From Candidatus Bipolaricaulia bacterium (lineage in GTDB: Bacteria; Bipolaricaulota; Bipolaricaulia; JBHIAT01), in the NCBI GenBank assembly GCA_046758705.1, contig JBHIAT010000002.1, forward strand, positions 639 through 64,638: a stretch of 64,000 nucleotides of DNA, in the 5' to 3' direction. A program made the translations under genes and the position numbers. Below, piece by piece: positions 9,531 to 19,890 of the stretch. The number at the start of each line of letters is the position of its first letter. Positions within the stretch are counted from its first letter, which is position 1. The notes below the pieces were generated by a model, which had not been told where the DNA came from, did not search any database, and saw only the letters and a program-made list of their open reading frames with translations.

Positions 9531-10452
9531 CTTGCTGCGGTTCGAATGCGGGAACCTGCTGCTTACAGATCTCTGTCGCGTAAGAGCAGCGGGGGTGGAA
9601 CCGACATCCCGCAGGTGGAGCGATCAGGTCGGGCGGTTCGCCGGGGATCGTCTTCAGCTCGTGCTTCTCGCCTCGGACGCTCGGAAACGCGGAGATCAAC
9701 GCCTGGGTGTACGGATGGACCGAATTCTCGAAGATCGAGACGGTGTCTCCGAATTCGACGAGCTTTCCGGCATACATCACCCCGATCCAGTCACATACCT
9801 CGGCGATGACCGCGATGTCGTGGGAGATGTAGATCATGCTCATGTTAAGCCGCTTCTGGATCTGTCGCAGTTCCTCCAGGATCTTGTCCTGGATGATCAC
9901 GTCGAGGGCGGTCGTCGGCTCATCGGCGATGATGAGCTGGGGATTGCAAGCCAGGGCCATGGCAATGATCGCCCGTTGCTTCATCCCGCCGCTGTACTCG
10001 TGGGGGTAGTGATCCATCCGCTCGGGGGCGAGCCCCACTAAGTCGAACAGTTCCGCGACCCAGTCCCGGGCATGGTCTCGGGTGACCTGTGGATTGTGAG
10101 TTTGGATTGCCTCGATGATCTGATCGCCGACCTTGTAGACCGGGTTGAGCGAGTTCATCGCCGCCTGGAAGATCATCGAGATCCCGCTCCATCGGATCTT
10201 CCGCATCTGTTCCCCGGAAACCGGGACCAGGTCGGTCCCGTCGAAGTGGATGTGCCCCCCCAAGATGCGAGCGTTCTCCGGGAGCAGCTTCAGAATCGAG
10301 AGCGCGACCGAGGTTTTTCCGCAGCCGGACTCCCCCACCAGCCCCAGCGCCTCGCCCTGCTCCAGTTTAAACGAAACATTGTCGACGGCGTTGACCTCCC
10401 CTTCCCGGGTGGTGTAATGCATGGTGAGGTTCTCGACGGAGAGCAGCGCCAA
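9466..10452 (-). CDS. Peptide ABC transporter ATP-binding protein (OppD/DppD-like)
   Basis: Walker A 'GESGCGKTS', 'YSGGMKQR', '[11 protein letters not shown]'. The true start is probably internal because the ORF overlaps the downstream gene. Confidence 0.9.
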   Translation of the reverse strand: MALLSVENLTMHYTTREGEVNAVDNVSFKLEQGEALGLVGESGCGKTSVALSILKLLPENARILGGHIHFDGTDLVPVSGEQMRKIRWSGISMIFQAAMNSLNPVYKVGDQIIEAIQTHNPQVTRDHARDWVAELFDLVGLAPERMDHYPHEYSGGMKQRAIIAMALACNPQLIIADEPTTALDVIIQDKILEELRQIQKRLNMSMIYISHDIAVIAEVCDWIGVMYAGKLVEFGDTVSIFENSVHPYTQALISAFPSVRGEKHELKTIPGEPPDLIAPPAGCRFHPRCSYATEICKQQVPAFEPQQDDQQAACWHPLHLPHAQVKER

Positions 10453-10465
10453 TCGATCCGACCCC

Positions 10466-11446
10466 CTATCGCTTTCTCAATCTCGGATTGACGACTTCAT
10501 CCAGTCCCCGACCGACCAGGTAAAACGCCGCACACAGCATCGTGATCGCCAGTCCCGGCGGCAACCACAACCACCAGAACGATCCCAGGTTCACCAGGTA
10601 TCCCGTCGCTTCGGTGGTATGGATGATGATCCCCCAACTCATCCGGATATTCAACAACCCGAAGAAGCTCAGTATTGCCTCGGAGAAGATCGCCCCGGTG
10701 ACGGTGAACATCATATACAGGAACGACAAGGGCAGGATGTTGGGGATGATGTGGGTGAAGATGATGTGGAACGGACTTCCCCCGGCGACTCTGGCGGCCT
10801 CGATGTACGGCTTGACCTTGATGCTGAGCGCCTGGGATTTCAGGATGATGGTGATCCCGCCGAAGCCGCTGATCAGCCCAAGGACGAGCGCAAACTTGAC
10901 CAGTGTAAGATCCATCAGGGCGCTCAAGATAATCAGGAACGCGATGAACGGGAACAGGATCACCACGTCGGCGAGCCGCATGAAGAACGTGTCGACGAAG
11001 CCGCCGTAGTAGGCGGCGACGCTGCCGATGATCGTCCCGATCGACACGGTGATCACCGCCGCCAAGATGCCGAGCAGGAACTCTCGGCCGGTGCTGTACA
11101 TCACCTGACTGAACACATCCCGGCCGAGGGGATCGGTCCCCAACAGGTGTCGGGTGGAAGGCGGTGCCGGCTGGAGAACCTCACCGAACGAGTAGCCGGT
11201 GACCGGGTCGTAGATGAGCGGATCCCAGACCGTCCCCATCAGCAGCGGATAGGCGGTTCCGAACAGACCGAAGAACACGATGATCACCAACCCGATCACC
11301 CCGATGCGGCTCTCCTTGAAGATACGCCAGTTCTTTAAGAAGGTTTTTTTCCACAGTCGCAGTCGGATGCGCCACAGCGACTGCTGAAGGGCCTCTGCCG
11401 CTTCAGCCTGGGTGCGGACCCGCTCCTTCTTGCTTAACGTCTTCAT
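10466..11446 (-). CDS. Peptide ABC transporter permease (DppC/OppC-like)
   Basis: Six-TM binding-protein-dependent permease with an EAA-like loop 'IEAARVAGGSPFHII'. Confidence 0.85.
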   Translation of the reverse strand: MKTLSKKERVRTQAEAAEALQQSLWRIRLRLWKKTFLKNWRIFKESRIGVIGLVIIVFFGLFGTAYPLLMGTVWDPLIYDPVTGYSFGEVLQPAPPSTRHLLGTDPLGRDVFSQVMYSTGREFLLGILAAVITVSIGTIIGSVAAYYGGFVDTFFMRLADVVILFPFIAFLIILSALMDLTLVKFALVLGLISGFGGITIILKSQALSIKVKPYIEAARVAGGSPFHIIFTHIIPNILPLSFLYMMFTVTGAIFSEAILSFFGLLNIRMSWGIIIHTTEATGYLVNLGSFWWLWLPPGLAITMLCAAFYLVGRGLDEVVNPRLRKR

Positions 11447-11452
11447 GTTCGC

Positions 11453-12622
11453 TTAGCCCTCCTTCGGCCGATCATAGCTGATCCTGGGATCCAGATAGGC
11501 GTACATGACATCGGCCACCAGGTGGGCGATGAGCGCGAACACCCCGGTGAACACGAATGCCCCGAGCGCCAACGGGATATCGTTGCTGGTGACCGACTGC
11601 AGCAACGTCAGCCCGATTCCCGGCCACGAGAAGACCGTCTCGGTGATGATCCCGCCGTCGACGACGAACCCGATGCTGAGCACGAAGCTGGTCACCACCG
11701 GCAGCAGCGCCGTCCGGGCCGCGTGCTTGTCCCGCACCACCCGCTCAGGGAGCCCTTTCGCCCGAGCAGCCATCACGTAGTCCTCGCGGATGGTCTCGAG
11801 CATGCTGTCTCGCATCAAAAGCATCGTCCCGCCGAACGCGACCAACGTTATCGTGACCACCGGCAGGACGAGGTGACGCAGGATATCAAAAGCCAGGTGG
11901 CCGACCCCCGACCGGTTCCAGGAAAACAGGAGCACGCCGACCCCAACGACGAGAGCGACGAGGTAGATCAGCCTACGGGTTGCCAGGCGCCCGGTCCGTC
12001 GCGTCAGCAGACGAACGGCGATCATAACGATCGCGAACACGCCGGCACTCAGGATCATGTAGCTGAACACGGTGTTCGAGTTAACTGACGCATTCCGCCA
12101 TATCAGCGGGTCGATGAACTTGTTAATCGGGAACCAGCCGAGCTTAAACGCGAACATCCAGATGAGAATCAGCGCCAACAGCGGGGTGAACACGGTGTAG
12201 AAGGAGACGCCCCCGATGGTGGCCGCATAGTCGATCCGCTCCCCCCGCCGCCAGGCGATCACCTTTCCCAGGACGAAGCCGAGATAAAACGAGATGAGTG
12301 TCGCCGTCAGGAACAGGAAGACGGTTCTTGGCAATCTTTCCAGGATGACATCGATGACCGGTCGCGGATAGTGGCTGAACGACACCCCAAAGTTGCCGGT
12401 GAAGAAGTTCTTGACGTGAGACAGATATTGCAGGTAAAGGGGACGATCCAAGCCCAGCCGCTGGCGGAGCGCCTCCCGCGCCTCCGGAGGGACCTCAGGG
12501 TTCAACACATAGAGGCTGGTGATGTCACCGGGCAGCGCCTGGAGGATAAAGAACAGGAGCGTCAAGTAGATGAGCAGGGTGGCGATGATCTGAACCATCC
12601 GACGCGCCACATACCGCTTCAT
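11453..12622 (-). CDS. Peptide ABC transporter permease (DppB/OppB-like), unusually long at 389 aa
   Basis: N-terminal 'MKRYVARRMVQII...LPGD' typical of DppB, with an EAA loop. Confidence 0.85.
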   Translation of the reverse strand: MKRYVARRMVQIIATLLIYLTLLFFILQALPGDITSLYVLNPEVPPEAREALRQRLGLDRPLYLQYLSHVKNFFTGNFGVSFSHYPRPVIDVILERLPRTVFLFLTATLISFYLGFVLGKVIAWRRGERIDYAATIGGVSFYTVFTPLLALILIWMFAFKLGWFPINKFIDPLIWRNASVNSNTVFSYMILSAGVFAIVMIAVRLLTRRTGRLATRRLIYLVALVVGVGVLLFSWNRSGVGHLAFDILRHLVLPVVTITLVAFGGTMLLMRDSMLETIREDYVMAARAKGLPERVVRDKHAARTALLPVVTSFVLSIGFVVDGGIITETVFSWPGIGLTLLQSVTSNDIPLALGAFVFTGVFALIAHLVADVMYAYLDPRISYDRPKEG

Positions 12623-12737
12623 CGCTCAGACCCCCCTTCCCTTAAACCTCATTTCTCAGATTCTTCCACGGATAGATGAAATTAAGACCGGGGGCCGGAC
12701 GTTCCAGCCCGACCCCCAGCCGATCCGTCACACACTC

Positions 12738-14615
12738 CTACTTGATCCGAACCACTGTGGTCATACCATAGAGACCCTGGATGCCGTCCAGCACATCGGT
12801 GTACGGGAACGTCACCCGGTCAGCCCGGAACGCCTCCGGCAGCGGCGAGGTGAACAGCACAATATAAGGGACATCGTCGGCCAGGAACTGCTGCAGTTGG
12901 AACGCCTGCTCCCGGGCCCGGTTGATATCGGTCTCCCGGAGGAACTCATCGGCGAGCGCGTCAAAGTCCGGGTTCGCGTAACCGCCCATGTTAAAGCCGC
13001 CCAGCTCCGCCTGGCTGGAGTGCCAGAACGTATGCAAATAGTCCGGATAGATAGAAAGGCCCCAACCGAGGATCTGCATATCGAAGTCCTGCTCGTTGAA
13101 CACCTTGGTGACGATGTAGTTGAAGTCTTTGAGATTGGCTCGGACTGGAATGCCGACATCGCGGATCCAGCGTTCGATCCACAGGGCGAACGTCGAGCGC
13201 ATCGGGTCATACCCCGGCCCCGGCGCCAACATCTCGACATCGTTCATCAGTTCACCGTTGGGCAGGAACAGGCCGTTGCCCGGCTCGAACGTGTCGTTCT
13301 CCAGATCGACCTTCGGCTCCCGAATCCAGCTGAACCCGGCCGACTTGAGCAGGTCAACCGCCTGGGCGACTCGCTCGGCGCGACTCATCCCCTGGCCCCA
13401 GACGTTTACATCGGGGTTGAACCAGAAGACATTGCCGGGTGGGACAACCGTCCCCAACGGCAGAGCGACGTTCTGTAGCACGCTTTCGCTGACGAACTCT
13501 CGGTCGATCAACGTGGCGATCGCCTGGCGGAACTGGACGATGTTGAACGGCTCACGCCGGACGTTGAACGACAGGTACCGGAACCCGTTGGCCGGGTTTT
13601 CGACGATGGTTACCCCGGCCGCGCCCTGAAGCTGGCTGAGGAAGCCACGCTGCAGGCCGAGCGGGTTGATGATGAAGTCGATATCGCCGCGCTGGAGCGC
13701 CAGCACCGCCGCCGCCTGGTTAGAATATATGCTGTAGATCGTGCTGTCGACGAACGGGCCGGCCTCCACCTCGAGCTGCACCGGGCCACGCGGCGTACCG
13801 TAGGCGGTGAACTTATAGACACCGGGTTTCTCAGATGTGTAGGTGCCGTTCTCATACAGGGTATCGATCGAGCCCGCGAAGAAGTAGTCGGGGTTCGGCA
13901 AGTTCTCCACGAACGCCCCTCGCTCCCACTTGTTGAACAGGAATCCGCCCAGCCTCGGCTCATCGCTGGCCTCGAGGGCGATCAGCGTCTGCACCGGATC
14001 CTCAGCCGCGAGCGCTTGATCCACCTTCGATTCCCAATACGCCTTCTGGAGGATCGGGGTGCCCAGCATGCCAAACTGCCACTGGGCCAACCCCGGCGCC
14101 TCGGTGAGGAAGAACTTCACCGTGTGCTGATCGACGACCTCGATGCGGTCGAGGAGCTCCGGCGGTTGGATGTAGCTGGCCCAGTTGCCGCCGAGTTCGT
14201 TCGGCCCGAACGTCTGGATCGTGTCGTAGGTGAACTTGACATCGTCAGTCGTCAGCTCCGTCCCGTCGCTCCAGGTGATCCCCGGCTTGAGCGTGACCTC
14301 CGAGGTGAACAGATCCCCCTCCCGGGTGAAGTCGGTCGGAAAGTCAGCTGCCAAGCTGGGGATAAAGTCGAACCGCTGGTCGGACAGGCTGAACAAACTG
14401 GGGTAATGGATCACCATGATCGCGAAGTTCCAGACGGTCGCGCCCTCACCGAGCATGTTCCAAATGTTCGTTGTCGTCGGGTCCTCATAGATCCCTACCT
14501 GATAGATCTGCTCCTGCTCCTGGGCATAGCCACCGAAGGTCAGCCCGATCAGCAAAACGGCCAGGACTACCCCTGTGACTGCCTTTCTCCTAAAGCTATA
14601 GTCCATATCCATCAC
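12738..14615 (-). CDS. Family-5 (peptide/nickel/oligosaccharide) ABC substrate-binding protein
   Basis: Signal peptide and SBP_bac_5-like layout, 625 aa; paralogue of the next gene. Confidence 0.85.
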   Translation of the reverse strand: MMDMDYSFRRKAVTGVVLAVLLIGLTFGGYAQEQEQIYQVGIYEDPTTTNIWNMLGEGATVWNFAIMVIHYPSLFSLSDQRFDFIPSLAADFPTDFTREGDLFTSEVTLKPGITWSDGTELTTDDVKFTYDTIQTFGPNELGGNWASYIQPPELLDRIEVVDQHTVKFFLTEAPGLAQWQFGMLGTPILQKAYWESKVDQALAAEDPVQTLIALEASDEPRLGGFLFNKWERGAFVENLPNPDYFFAGSIDTLYENGTYTSEKPGVYKFTAYGTPRGPVQLEVEAGPFVDSTIYSIYSNQAAAVLALQRGDIDFIINPLGLQRGFLSQLQGAAGVTIVENPANGFRYLSFNVRREPFNIVQFRQAIATLIDREFVSESVLQNVALPLGTVVPPGNVFWFNPDVNVWGQGMSRAERVAQAVDLLKSAGFSWIREPKVDLENDTFEPGNGLFLPNGELMNDVEMLAPGPGYDPMRSTFALWIERWIRDVGIPVRANLKDFNYIVTKVFNEQDFDMQILGWGLSIYPDYLHTFWHSSQAELGGFNMGGYANPDFDALADEFLRETDINRAREQAFQLQQFLADDVPYIVLFTSPLPEAFRADRVTFPYTDVLDGIQGLYGMTTVVRIK

Positions 14616-14650
14616 CTCCGCGTTCTATTATGCCAAATCCCCATTTAACT

Positions 14651-16627
14651 TTATTTCACCTGCACCAGCGTCGGCGCTCCGTTGAGGCGTTGGATGCCGT
14701 TGAGCACCTCGGTGTACGGGAACTCGATCCGGTCGTCCCGGTAGAATTCGATGAACGGCAGGTCGAACAGGACGATGTACGGCAGCTCCTCGGCGACCAG
14801 CGCCTGGATCTGGCGGGCGATCTCCTGACCACGACGGATGTCGGTTTCCAGGATGAACCGATCGGCGAGCTCATCGAACTCCGGGCTCGAGTAGCCGGTG
14901 TGGTTGTAAAAGCCCGGGTCCATCTGGGTGGAGTGGAACAGGTCCCGGATATAATCCGGAAAGATCAGGTTGAACCGCCATCCCAGGATCTGCATGTCGA
15001 AGTCCTGCTGTTGGAACACCTGGTCGACGATCTGGTCGAAATCAATCAGCTTGAGTTTGATCGGGATGCCCAGGTCGGTCAACCAGCGCTCGATCCACAG
15101 GGCGAACGTCGCTCTGAGCGGGTCGAACTCCGGGGTCGGGGCGAGCAACTCCACCTCGGGGGCCAGACGGCCGTTGGGCAGGATAATCCCTCTTCCGGGT
15201 TCGATCTCGATGGTGTCCTCCTGCCGCTTCACCCGGGGCGTTTTGATCCATTTGAACCCGGCCGATTTGAGCAGGTCGACCGCCTCGGCGACCCGTTCGG
15301 CTTGGCTCAGCCCCTGGCCCAAGACCTGGACATCGGAGTTGTGCCACAGCGGATTTCCTGACGGGATGACCGTGGCTAGCGGGAAGACGGCCCCTTGCAA
15401 TATCTGTTCGGCGACGAACTCCCGATCGATCAACGTGGCGACCGCTTGGCGGAACTCGAGGATGTCGAACGGTTCGCGACGGATGTTGAAGGAGAGGTAG
15501 CGAAATTCGTTGGCTCGATTCTGGATCGATGCAATCAGCGGCGCTCCAGCCAGCTGATCCCGAAACTTCCGGTCGAGTGCCAGGGGAGTGAGCAGCATGT
15601 CGACCTCTCCGCTCTCGAGTGCCGAGACGGCGTTCACTTCGTTTCCGTAGAACCGGTAGACGACCCGATCGACGTAGGGCCCCTCGGTCACCTCCAGGGT
15701 CGCCAACCCCTCTGCCGGCCCGTAACCGACCCATTTGTAGTTCAGCTTAGGGACAACGATCTCGACCGCTCCGTCCTCATAGAGCGTGACCGTCTCCCCC
15801 TGGAACGAGTAGTTCGGGTTGGCCTGGTGTTCCACGAATTCCCCTAACGCACCCTGTTGCCAACGGCTGAAGACGAAGCCCCCGGTCGTCGGCACATCGA
15901 GCGATTCGAACGAGAGCAGCGCCCCGACTGGATCCTCAGACTGAAACGCCTTGATGACAATCGGCTCCCAATAAGCCTGCTGCATGATCGGCGCCATCAG
16001 GATCGAGAACTGATAGAACAGCGTTCTGGCGCGTAAGTAGAACTTCACCGTGTCGTGATCGACGATCTCGACATGATCGAGGAGGTTGAGATTGACCCAG
16101 TTCGACCAGATCGACCTGCCCTCGGAGAGCTGAAACACCTGAGTCACATCGTAGGTGAACTTGACATCCTCAGCCGTCAGTTCGGTCCCATCGCTCCACA
16201 GCACCTCCTGCTTCAGTCGGACTTCGGAGGCCCACAGGTTCCCCTCACGGATCAGCGAGGTGGGAAAATCAGCGGCCAGGCTGGGAATCCAGTCGAACCG
16301 TTGTGGGCCGTACTTGTACAGGCTGAGCCATAGAGGGCTGAACACATACTCGTTCGGCCGAAACGCCGATGCATCCCCGAAGGCCGCCCAGGGGTTGACC
16401 GTGGATGGGGCTTCTAACAGACCGAGTCGATAGGTGATCGGCTCCTGCGGGAGGGACGAGGGTTCAAGTTGCGTCTGAGGCTGCGTCTGTGGAGTCTGAG
16501 GCTGCGTTTGGGGAGTCTGAGGCTGCGTCTGTGGGACAGCAGGGGCGAACCACAGGGCGATAATCGCCAGCACCACGGCGATCAACCGGCTCCATCTCAT
16601 GGAAGATCTTGTGACGATGATGTGCAT
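14651..16627 (-). CDS. Family-5 ABC substrate-binding protein with an N-terminal PQTQ-repeat linker
   Basis: Paralogue of 12738..14615 with signal peptide 'MRWSRLIAVVLAIIALWFAPAV'. The likely start is Met at ~16600. Confidence 0.85.
   Translation of the reverse strand: MHIIVTRSSMRWSRLIAVVLAIIALWFAPAVPQTQPQTPQTQPQTPQTQPQTQLEPSSLPQEPITYRLGLLEAPSTVNPWAAFGDASAFRPNEYVFSPLWLSLYKYGPQRFDWIPSLAADFPTSLIREGNLWASEVRLKQEVLWSDGTELTAEDVKFTYDVTQVFQLSEGRSIWSNWVNLNLLDHVEIVDHDTVKFYLRARTLFYQFSILMAPIMQQAYWEPIVIKAFQSEDPVGALLSFESLDVPTTGGFVFSRWQQGALGEFVEHQANPNYSFQGETVTLYEDGAVEIVVPKLNYKWVGYGPAEGLATLEVTEGPYVDRVVYRFYGNEVNAVSALESGEVDMLLTPLALDRKFRDQLAGAPLIASIQNRANEFRYLSFNIRREPFDILEFRQAVATLIDREFVAEQILQGAVFPLATVIPSGNPLWHNSDVQVLGQGLSQAERVAEAVDLLKSAGFKWIKTPRVKRQEDTIEIEPGRGIILPNGRLAPEVELLAPTPEFDPLRATFALWIERWLTDLGIPIKLKLIDFDQIVDQVFQQQDFDMQILGWRFNLIFPDYIRDLFHSTQMDPGFYNHTGYSSPEFDELADRFILETDIRRGQEIARQIQALVAEELPYIVLFDLPFIEFYRDDRIEFPYTEVLNGIQRLNGAPTLVQVK
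16469..16547. repeat. Tandem ~21-nt repeat (about 3.5 copies of 'agtctgaggctgcgtctgtgg') encoding (PQTQPQT)n
   Basis: Directly visible in the sequence; lies inside the solute-binding-protein CDS directly after the signal peptide. Confidence 0.75.
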
Positions 16628-16634
16628 GGGTGGG

Positions 16635-17696
16635 TTACCTCTCCTTTATCTGACTGTGATCGAATCTCTTCCCTTTTACTCGGGCAATGCTCTCCTCGAA
16701 GGGCGGTTCCAGGATGCCCTTTTCGGTGATGATCCCGGTGATGAGCGGAGCGGGGGTTACATCAAAGGCTGGGTTTTTGGCCAGCGCCCCCTGCGGGGCG
16801 ATTTGAATTCCCTGGAATCGGGTGATCTCACCGGGGTCGCGCTCCTCGATCGGGATCTCGGTTCCGTCGGCTACGGACGGGTCAATGGTCGAGGTGGGTG
16901 CAGCGATGTAAAAGGGGATATCGTGATAGTGAGCCGCCACCGCCAGCCCGTAGGTCCCGATCTTGTTGGCCGTGTCACCGTTCGCAGCGATCCGGTCGGC
17001 TCCGGTGATCACCACATCCACCTCGCCGGCCTTCATGAATTGGCTCGCCATGCTGTCGGTGATGATCCAGTAGGGGATGCCCTCCTGCTGGAGCTCCCAG
17101 GCGGTCAGCCGCGTCCCCTGCAAGAACGGTCGGGTCTCGTCGACCAGCACCTTGATCTGCTTGCCCAGCTTATGAGCCGCCCGAATGACCCCCAGAGCCG
17201 TCCCGTAGGCGGTCGTCGCCAGCGTGCCGGTGTTGCAATGGGTCAGGACCGTGTCACCGTAATCGATCACTTGAGACCCATTCATCCCCAGAGCCTTGTT
17301 GGTGAGAACATCCTCCTGGCGGATGCGATGGGCTTCCTCCAACAGGGCCGTCTTCAAATCCTTCAGATTGGTGCCCCGCTCGCGTTCGAACACCCGGGCC
17401 ATCCGCTCCAGGGCCCAGTTGAGGTTGATCGCCGTCGGACGCGTGTTTTTGAGCGTCTCGATAATCTCTTCGAACCGTTCGTCCACATCCGCATCACGCT
17501 CGACCGTCGCCAGACCGAGAGCGACCCCGTAGGCGGCAGTCACCCCGATGGCCGGTGCCCCCCGGATGACCATCCTACGAATCGCGTCGGCCGCATCCCG
17601 ATGGTCCCTCAGTTCCAATATCTTGTACTCATTGGGTAATCTCGTCTGGTCGATCAACTCCACCAGGCCGTTGCGATAGATGATCGACGATCGCAT
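16635..17696 (-). CDS. mtnA: S-methyl-5-thioribose-1-phosphate isomerase (eIF-2B-related family)
   Basis: 'IRGAPAIGVTAAYGVALG' and overall MtnA/e2B2 pattern, 353 aa. Confidence 0.8.
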   Translation of the reverse strand: MRSSIIYRNGLVELIDQTRLPNEYKILELRDHRDAADAIRRMVIRGAPAIGVTAAYGVALGLATVERDADVDERFEEIIETLKNTRPTAINLNWALERMARVFERERGTNLKDLKTALLEEAHRIRQEDVLTNKALGMNGSQVIDYGDTVLTHCNTGTLATTAYGTALGVIRAAHKLGKQIKVLVDETRPFLQGTRLTAWELQQEGIPYWIITDSMASQFMKAGEVDVVITGADRIAANGDTANKIGTYGLAVAAHYHDIPFYIAAPTSTIDPSVADGTEIPIEERDPGEITRFQGIQIAPQGALAKNPAFDVTPAPLITGIITEKGILEPPFEESIARVKGKRFDHSQIKER

Positions 17697-17884
17697 GTTC
17701 CTGTCCCTTTTCTGTCCCTTTTCCTCTTCCCAATCCTTGCTATCGGGGTCTGATTCTAAGTCTAACAGATGGAGCCCCGTTCGGCAAGCAGCCTAAAGGT
17801 GCCTGTTTGGACTTGCGTGGCGCTCTAATGTAGAACGGAGGGAGATTGCTCTTGCCCCTTTTCCCTGTCCCTGTCCACCTCTAC

Positions 17885-18409
17885 TCATACACCGACTCCC
17901 CGCGATGCAGGCACCATGCGATCCGGTAGGTCTGCCGCTGAGCGCGTACCGTCGGCGTCGCGGACCTCTACGAACTGTCGAAACCAGCGCTTGAGGGTCG
18001 GGATGTCGATCTGGTCACCGGGAAGGGGTCGGACGATGAAGTTGGGCTGCATGCCGGCGGTGTCTTGTCCGACGGCGCTGAGACCGTGATAGCGCGCGCG
18101 GGGGCGTTCCTCAGGCTCCAGGTCTGACATCATATTCATAAAACAGGTGAGTATCGTCAGACCTGGACCCCAGCCGGACCGGTACCTCGTTCCGAACTCC
18201 AGGCTGATGCGCAGCGGTTCGGCCGGGTTCACCCCACCCTCCAGCAGTGATATGGCCGCCTTGGCTAAGCGGAAAACCCATGTGCGGACAGCGATTGTCC
18301 ACAGCGTACACTCGGCCGTCGTGGTAGAAGACGGCGATGTCGTAGCCCTTGCCGCTGGTGACGGATATAGCCCTTCTGTTGGAGTTCATCCAGAGTGCCA
18401 GCACGGACA
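17885..18409 (-). pseudogene. Decayed Rieske [2Fe-2S] (NirD-like small subunit) gene
   Basis: Intact Rieske box 1 'YAVDNRCPHMGFPLSQG' in one frame (TTG start at 18409). The expected box 2 (CPxHGW..F) is absent. The continuation is in a second frame, 'LRISLEFGTRYRSG', where NirD has 'VECPLHGARFDLRSG'. Confidence 0.4.
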
Positions 18410-18451
18410 AACCGTTCAGACTCAGATGATCCAGCCATTATATTAGTTTGC

Positions 18452-19072
18452 TTAACTCGACGCCTCCTCGTACTGGCGGTTGACCGTGTCCCAGTTCACC
18501 ACGTTCCAAAACGCCTGGATGTAGTCAGGTCGGCGGTTCTGGTATTTGAGATAGTAAGCATGTTCCCAAACGTCCAGGCCCAGGATCGGGGTCAGGCCGT
18601 CCATCACCGGGCTGTCTTGGTTGGCGGTGGACAGAACCTGAAGCTTGCCAGAGGAGTCCAGCACAAGCCAGGCCCAGCCCGAGCCGAACCGGGTGATGCC
18701 GGCTTGGCTGAACTGCTCCTTGAACGCCTCGAACGAGCCGAACGCCTCGTTCAGAGCCTGAGCCAGGCTGCCTACCTGCGTGTCGCTGCCGCCAGGGGCC
18801 ATGAACTGCCAGAACAGGGTGTGGTTCAGGTGACCTCCGCCGTTGTTGCGCACCGCGGTCTGGATCTCGGCGGGCAGGGCACCCAAGTCGCGCAACAGGT
18901 CCTCCACCTCGCGCTGATACAGGTCGGAATGCTTCTCCAAGGCGGCGTTCAGGTTGCTGACGTAGGCCGCGTGGTGCTTGCCATGATGGATCTCCATCGT
19001 GCGAGCATCGATGTGAGGTTCCAAAGCATCGTGGGCATAGCCGAGTTCGGGTAGTTTAAACGGATAGGGCAT
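18452..19072 (-). CDS. sodA: Fe/Mn superoxide dismutase
   Basis: 'EIHHGKHH', 'DVWEHAYY', 206 aa. Confidence 0.95.
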   Translation of the reverse strand: MPYPFKLPELGYAHDALEPHIDARTMEIHHGKHHAAYVSNLNAALEKHSDLYQREVEDLLRDLGALPAEIQTAVRNNGGGHLNHTLFWQFMAPGGSDTQVGSLAQALNEAFGSFEAFKEQFSQAGITRFGSGWAWLVLDSSGKLQVLSTANQDSPVMDGLTPILGLDVWEHAYYLKYQNRRPDYIQAFWNVVNWDTVNRQYEEASS

Positions 19073-19180
19073 TTTCGATTGCTCCTTTCTTTGTGGGGCT
19101 AGGTTTTGTGCTAATAGTACCGATTATTAATGATAATAATATAATAGATCTTCCTCGTCAAGTCATCATTCACAAGATAG

Positions 19181-19210
19181 AAAAGGCAGCCCCATCTGGG
19201 GCTGCCCTTC
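19181..19210 (-). terminator. Rho-independent terminator hairpin for the upstream minus-strand operon
   Basis: Stem ggcagcccc-atct-ggggctgcc with a T-tract on the minus strand (ttttct). Sits in an AT-rich spacer before the sodA promoter. Confidence 0.55.
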
Positions 19211-19305
19211 GTCAGAAGGTGGTGGGGGATAGGCAGGGGTTGCCTATGTCTGATCTAATTATACTCAATGAAGGCAATGAAGTCAAGCCCCAAATAAACA
19301 TCTCA

Positions 19306-19866
19306 TTAAATGAACGATCGGTTAACATAGTAGATGCCGCCCTGTGGGTTGTTCATCCGTTTGCGCTCGATCAGCCTGAGCCGCTCCAGGACCACCACCC
19401 GGTTGTTACAATTTGTGAGGCTGATGTCGAGCACTTCTGCCAGCTCAGGTGTGGAGATCTCTCCTCGGCTGACGATCACGCGCAACGTCTCGTTTAGATG
19501 CTCGGCCAACGGGCCGATCACCTCCCATTCTCCGTTTCGGATCACCAGAATCGCCAGCTCGCGCTTTTCGAGTTTCGCCTCCAGATCCTCGAGAACCTCT
19601 CGTTCCTTGGACCGAATCACGATGTAGCGGTCGCCGTACTCCCCGTTCACCAGCCGCTGATAGGGGAGCGCGACGACTTCGTCTGCGAACGAACCGCTGA
19701 ATACCTGGACGCCGTCAAAATCCAGGATCAGGGTCTCACCTTCGGGAATCTCACGGAGCTGGTGCAGGATCTCAGGTCGGACCTTGGAGCCTTGTTCCCG
19801 TGTCCCAACGATCTCGCCAAAGGTCCTCATCGCGACTTGGGTTGCTGCTGTCTTCATCGATTTCAA
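19306..19866 (-). CDS. STAS-like (DUF4325-type) domain protein with a C-terminal winged-HTH
   Basis: 'ETLILDFDGVQVFSGSFADEVV' is a STAS-like core. The C-terminal 'ISTPELAEVLDISLTNCNNRVVVLERLRLIERKR' is an HTH recognition helix plus wing. Confidence 0.5.
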   Translation of the reverse strand: MKSMKTAATQVAMRTFGEIVGTREQGSKVRPEILHQLREIPEGETLILDFDGVQVFSGSFADEVVALPYQRLVNGEYGDRYIVIRSKEREVLEDLEAKLEKRELAILVIRNGEWEVIGPLAEHLNETLRVIVSRGEISTPELAEVLDISLTNCNNRVVVLERLRLIERKRMNNPQGGIYYVNRSFI

Positions 19867-19890
19867 TTAAACCACAAATTCAGGAAATTT

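Noticed and set aside
16599-17639. 346-aa plus-strand ORF antisense to mtnA
   Set aside because: MtnA motifs are on the minus strand; the antisense frame has no recognisable domain.
17697-17884. Pyrimidine-rich leader upstream of mtnA, examined as a possible SAM (S-box) riboswitch
   Set aside because: The reverse complement lacks the conserved S-box elements (no GGTGGAGGGA...kink-turn/pseudoknot pattern); only CT-rich repeats are present.
19093-19497. 134-aa plus-strand ORF in the AT-rich spacer overlapping the terminator and the 3' end of the DUF4325 gene
   Set aside because: It crosses a terminator hairpin and overlaps a better-supported gene on the opposite strand; no motif.
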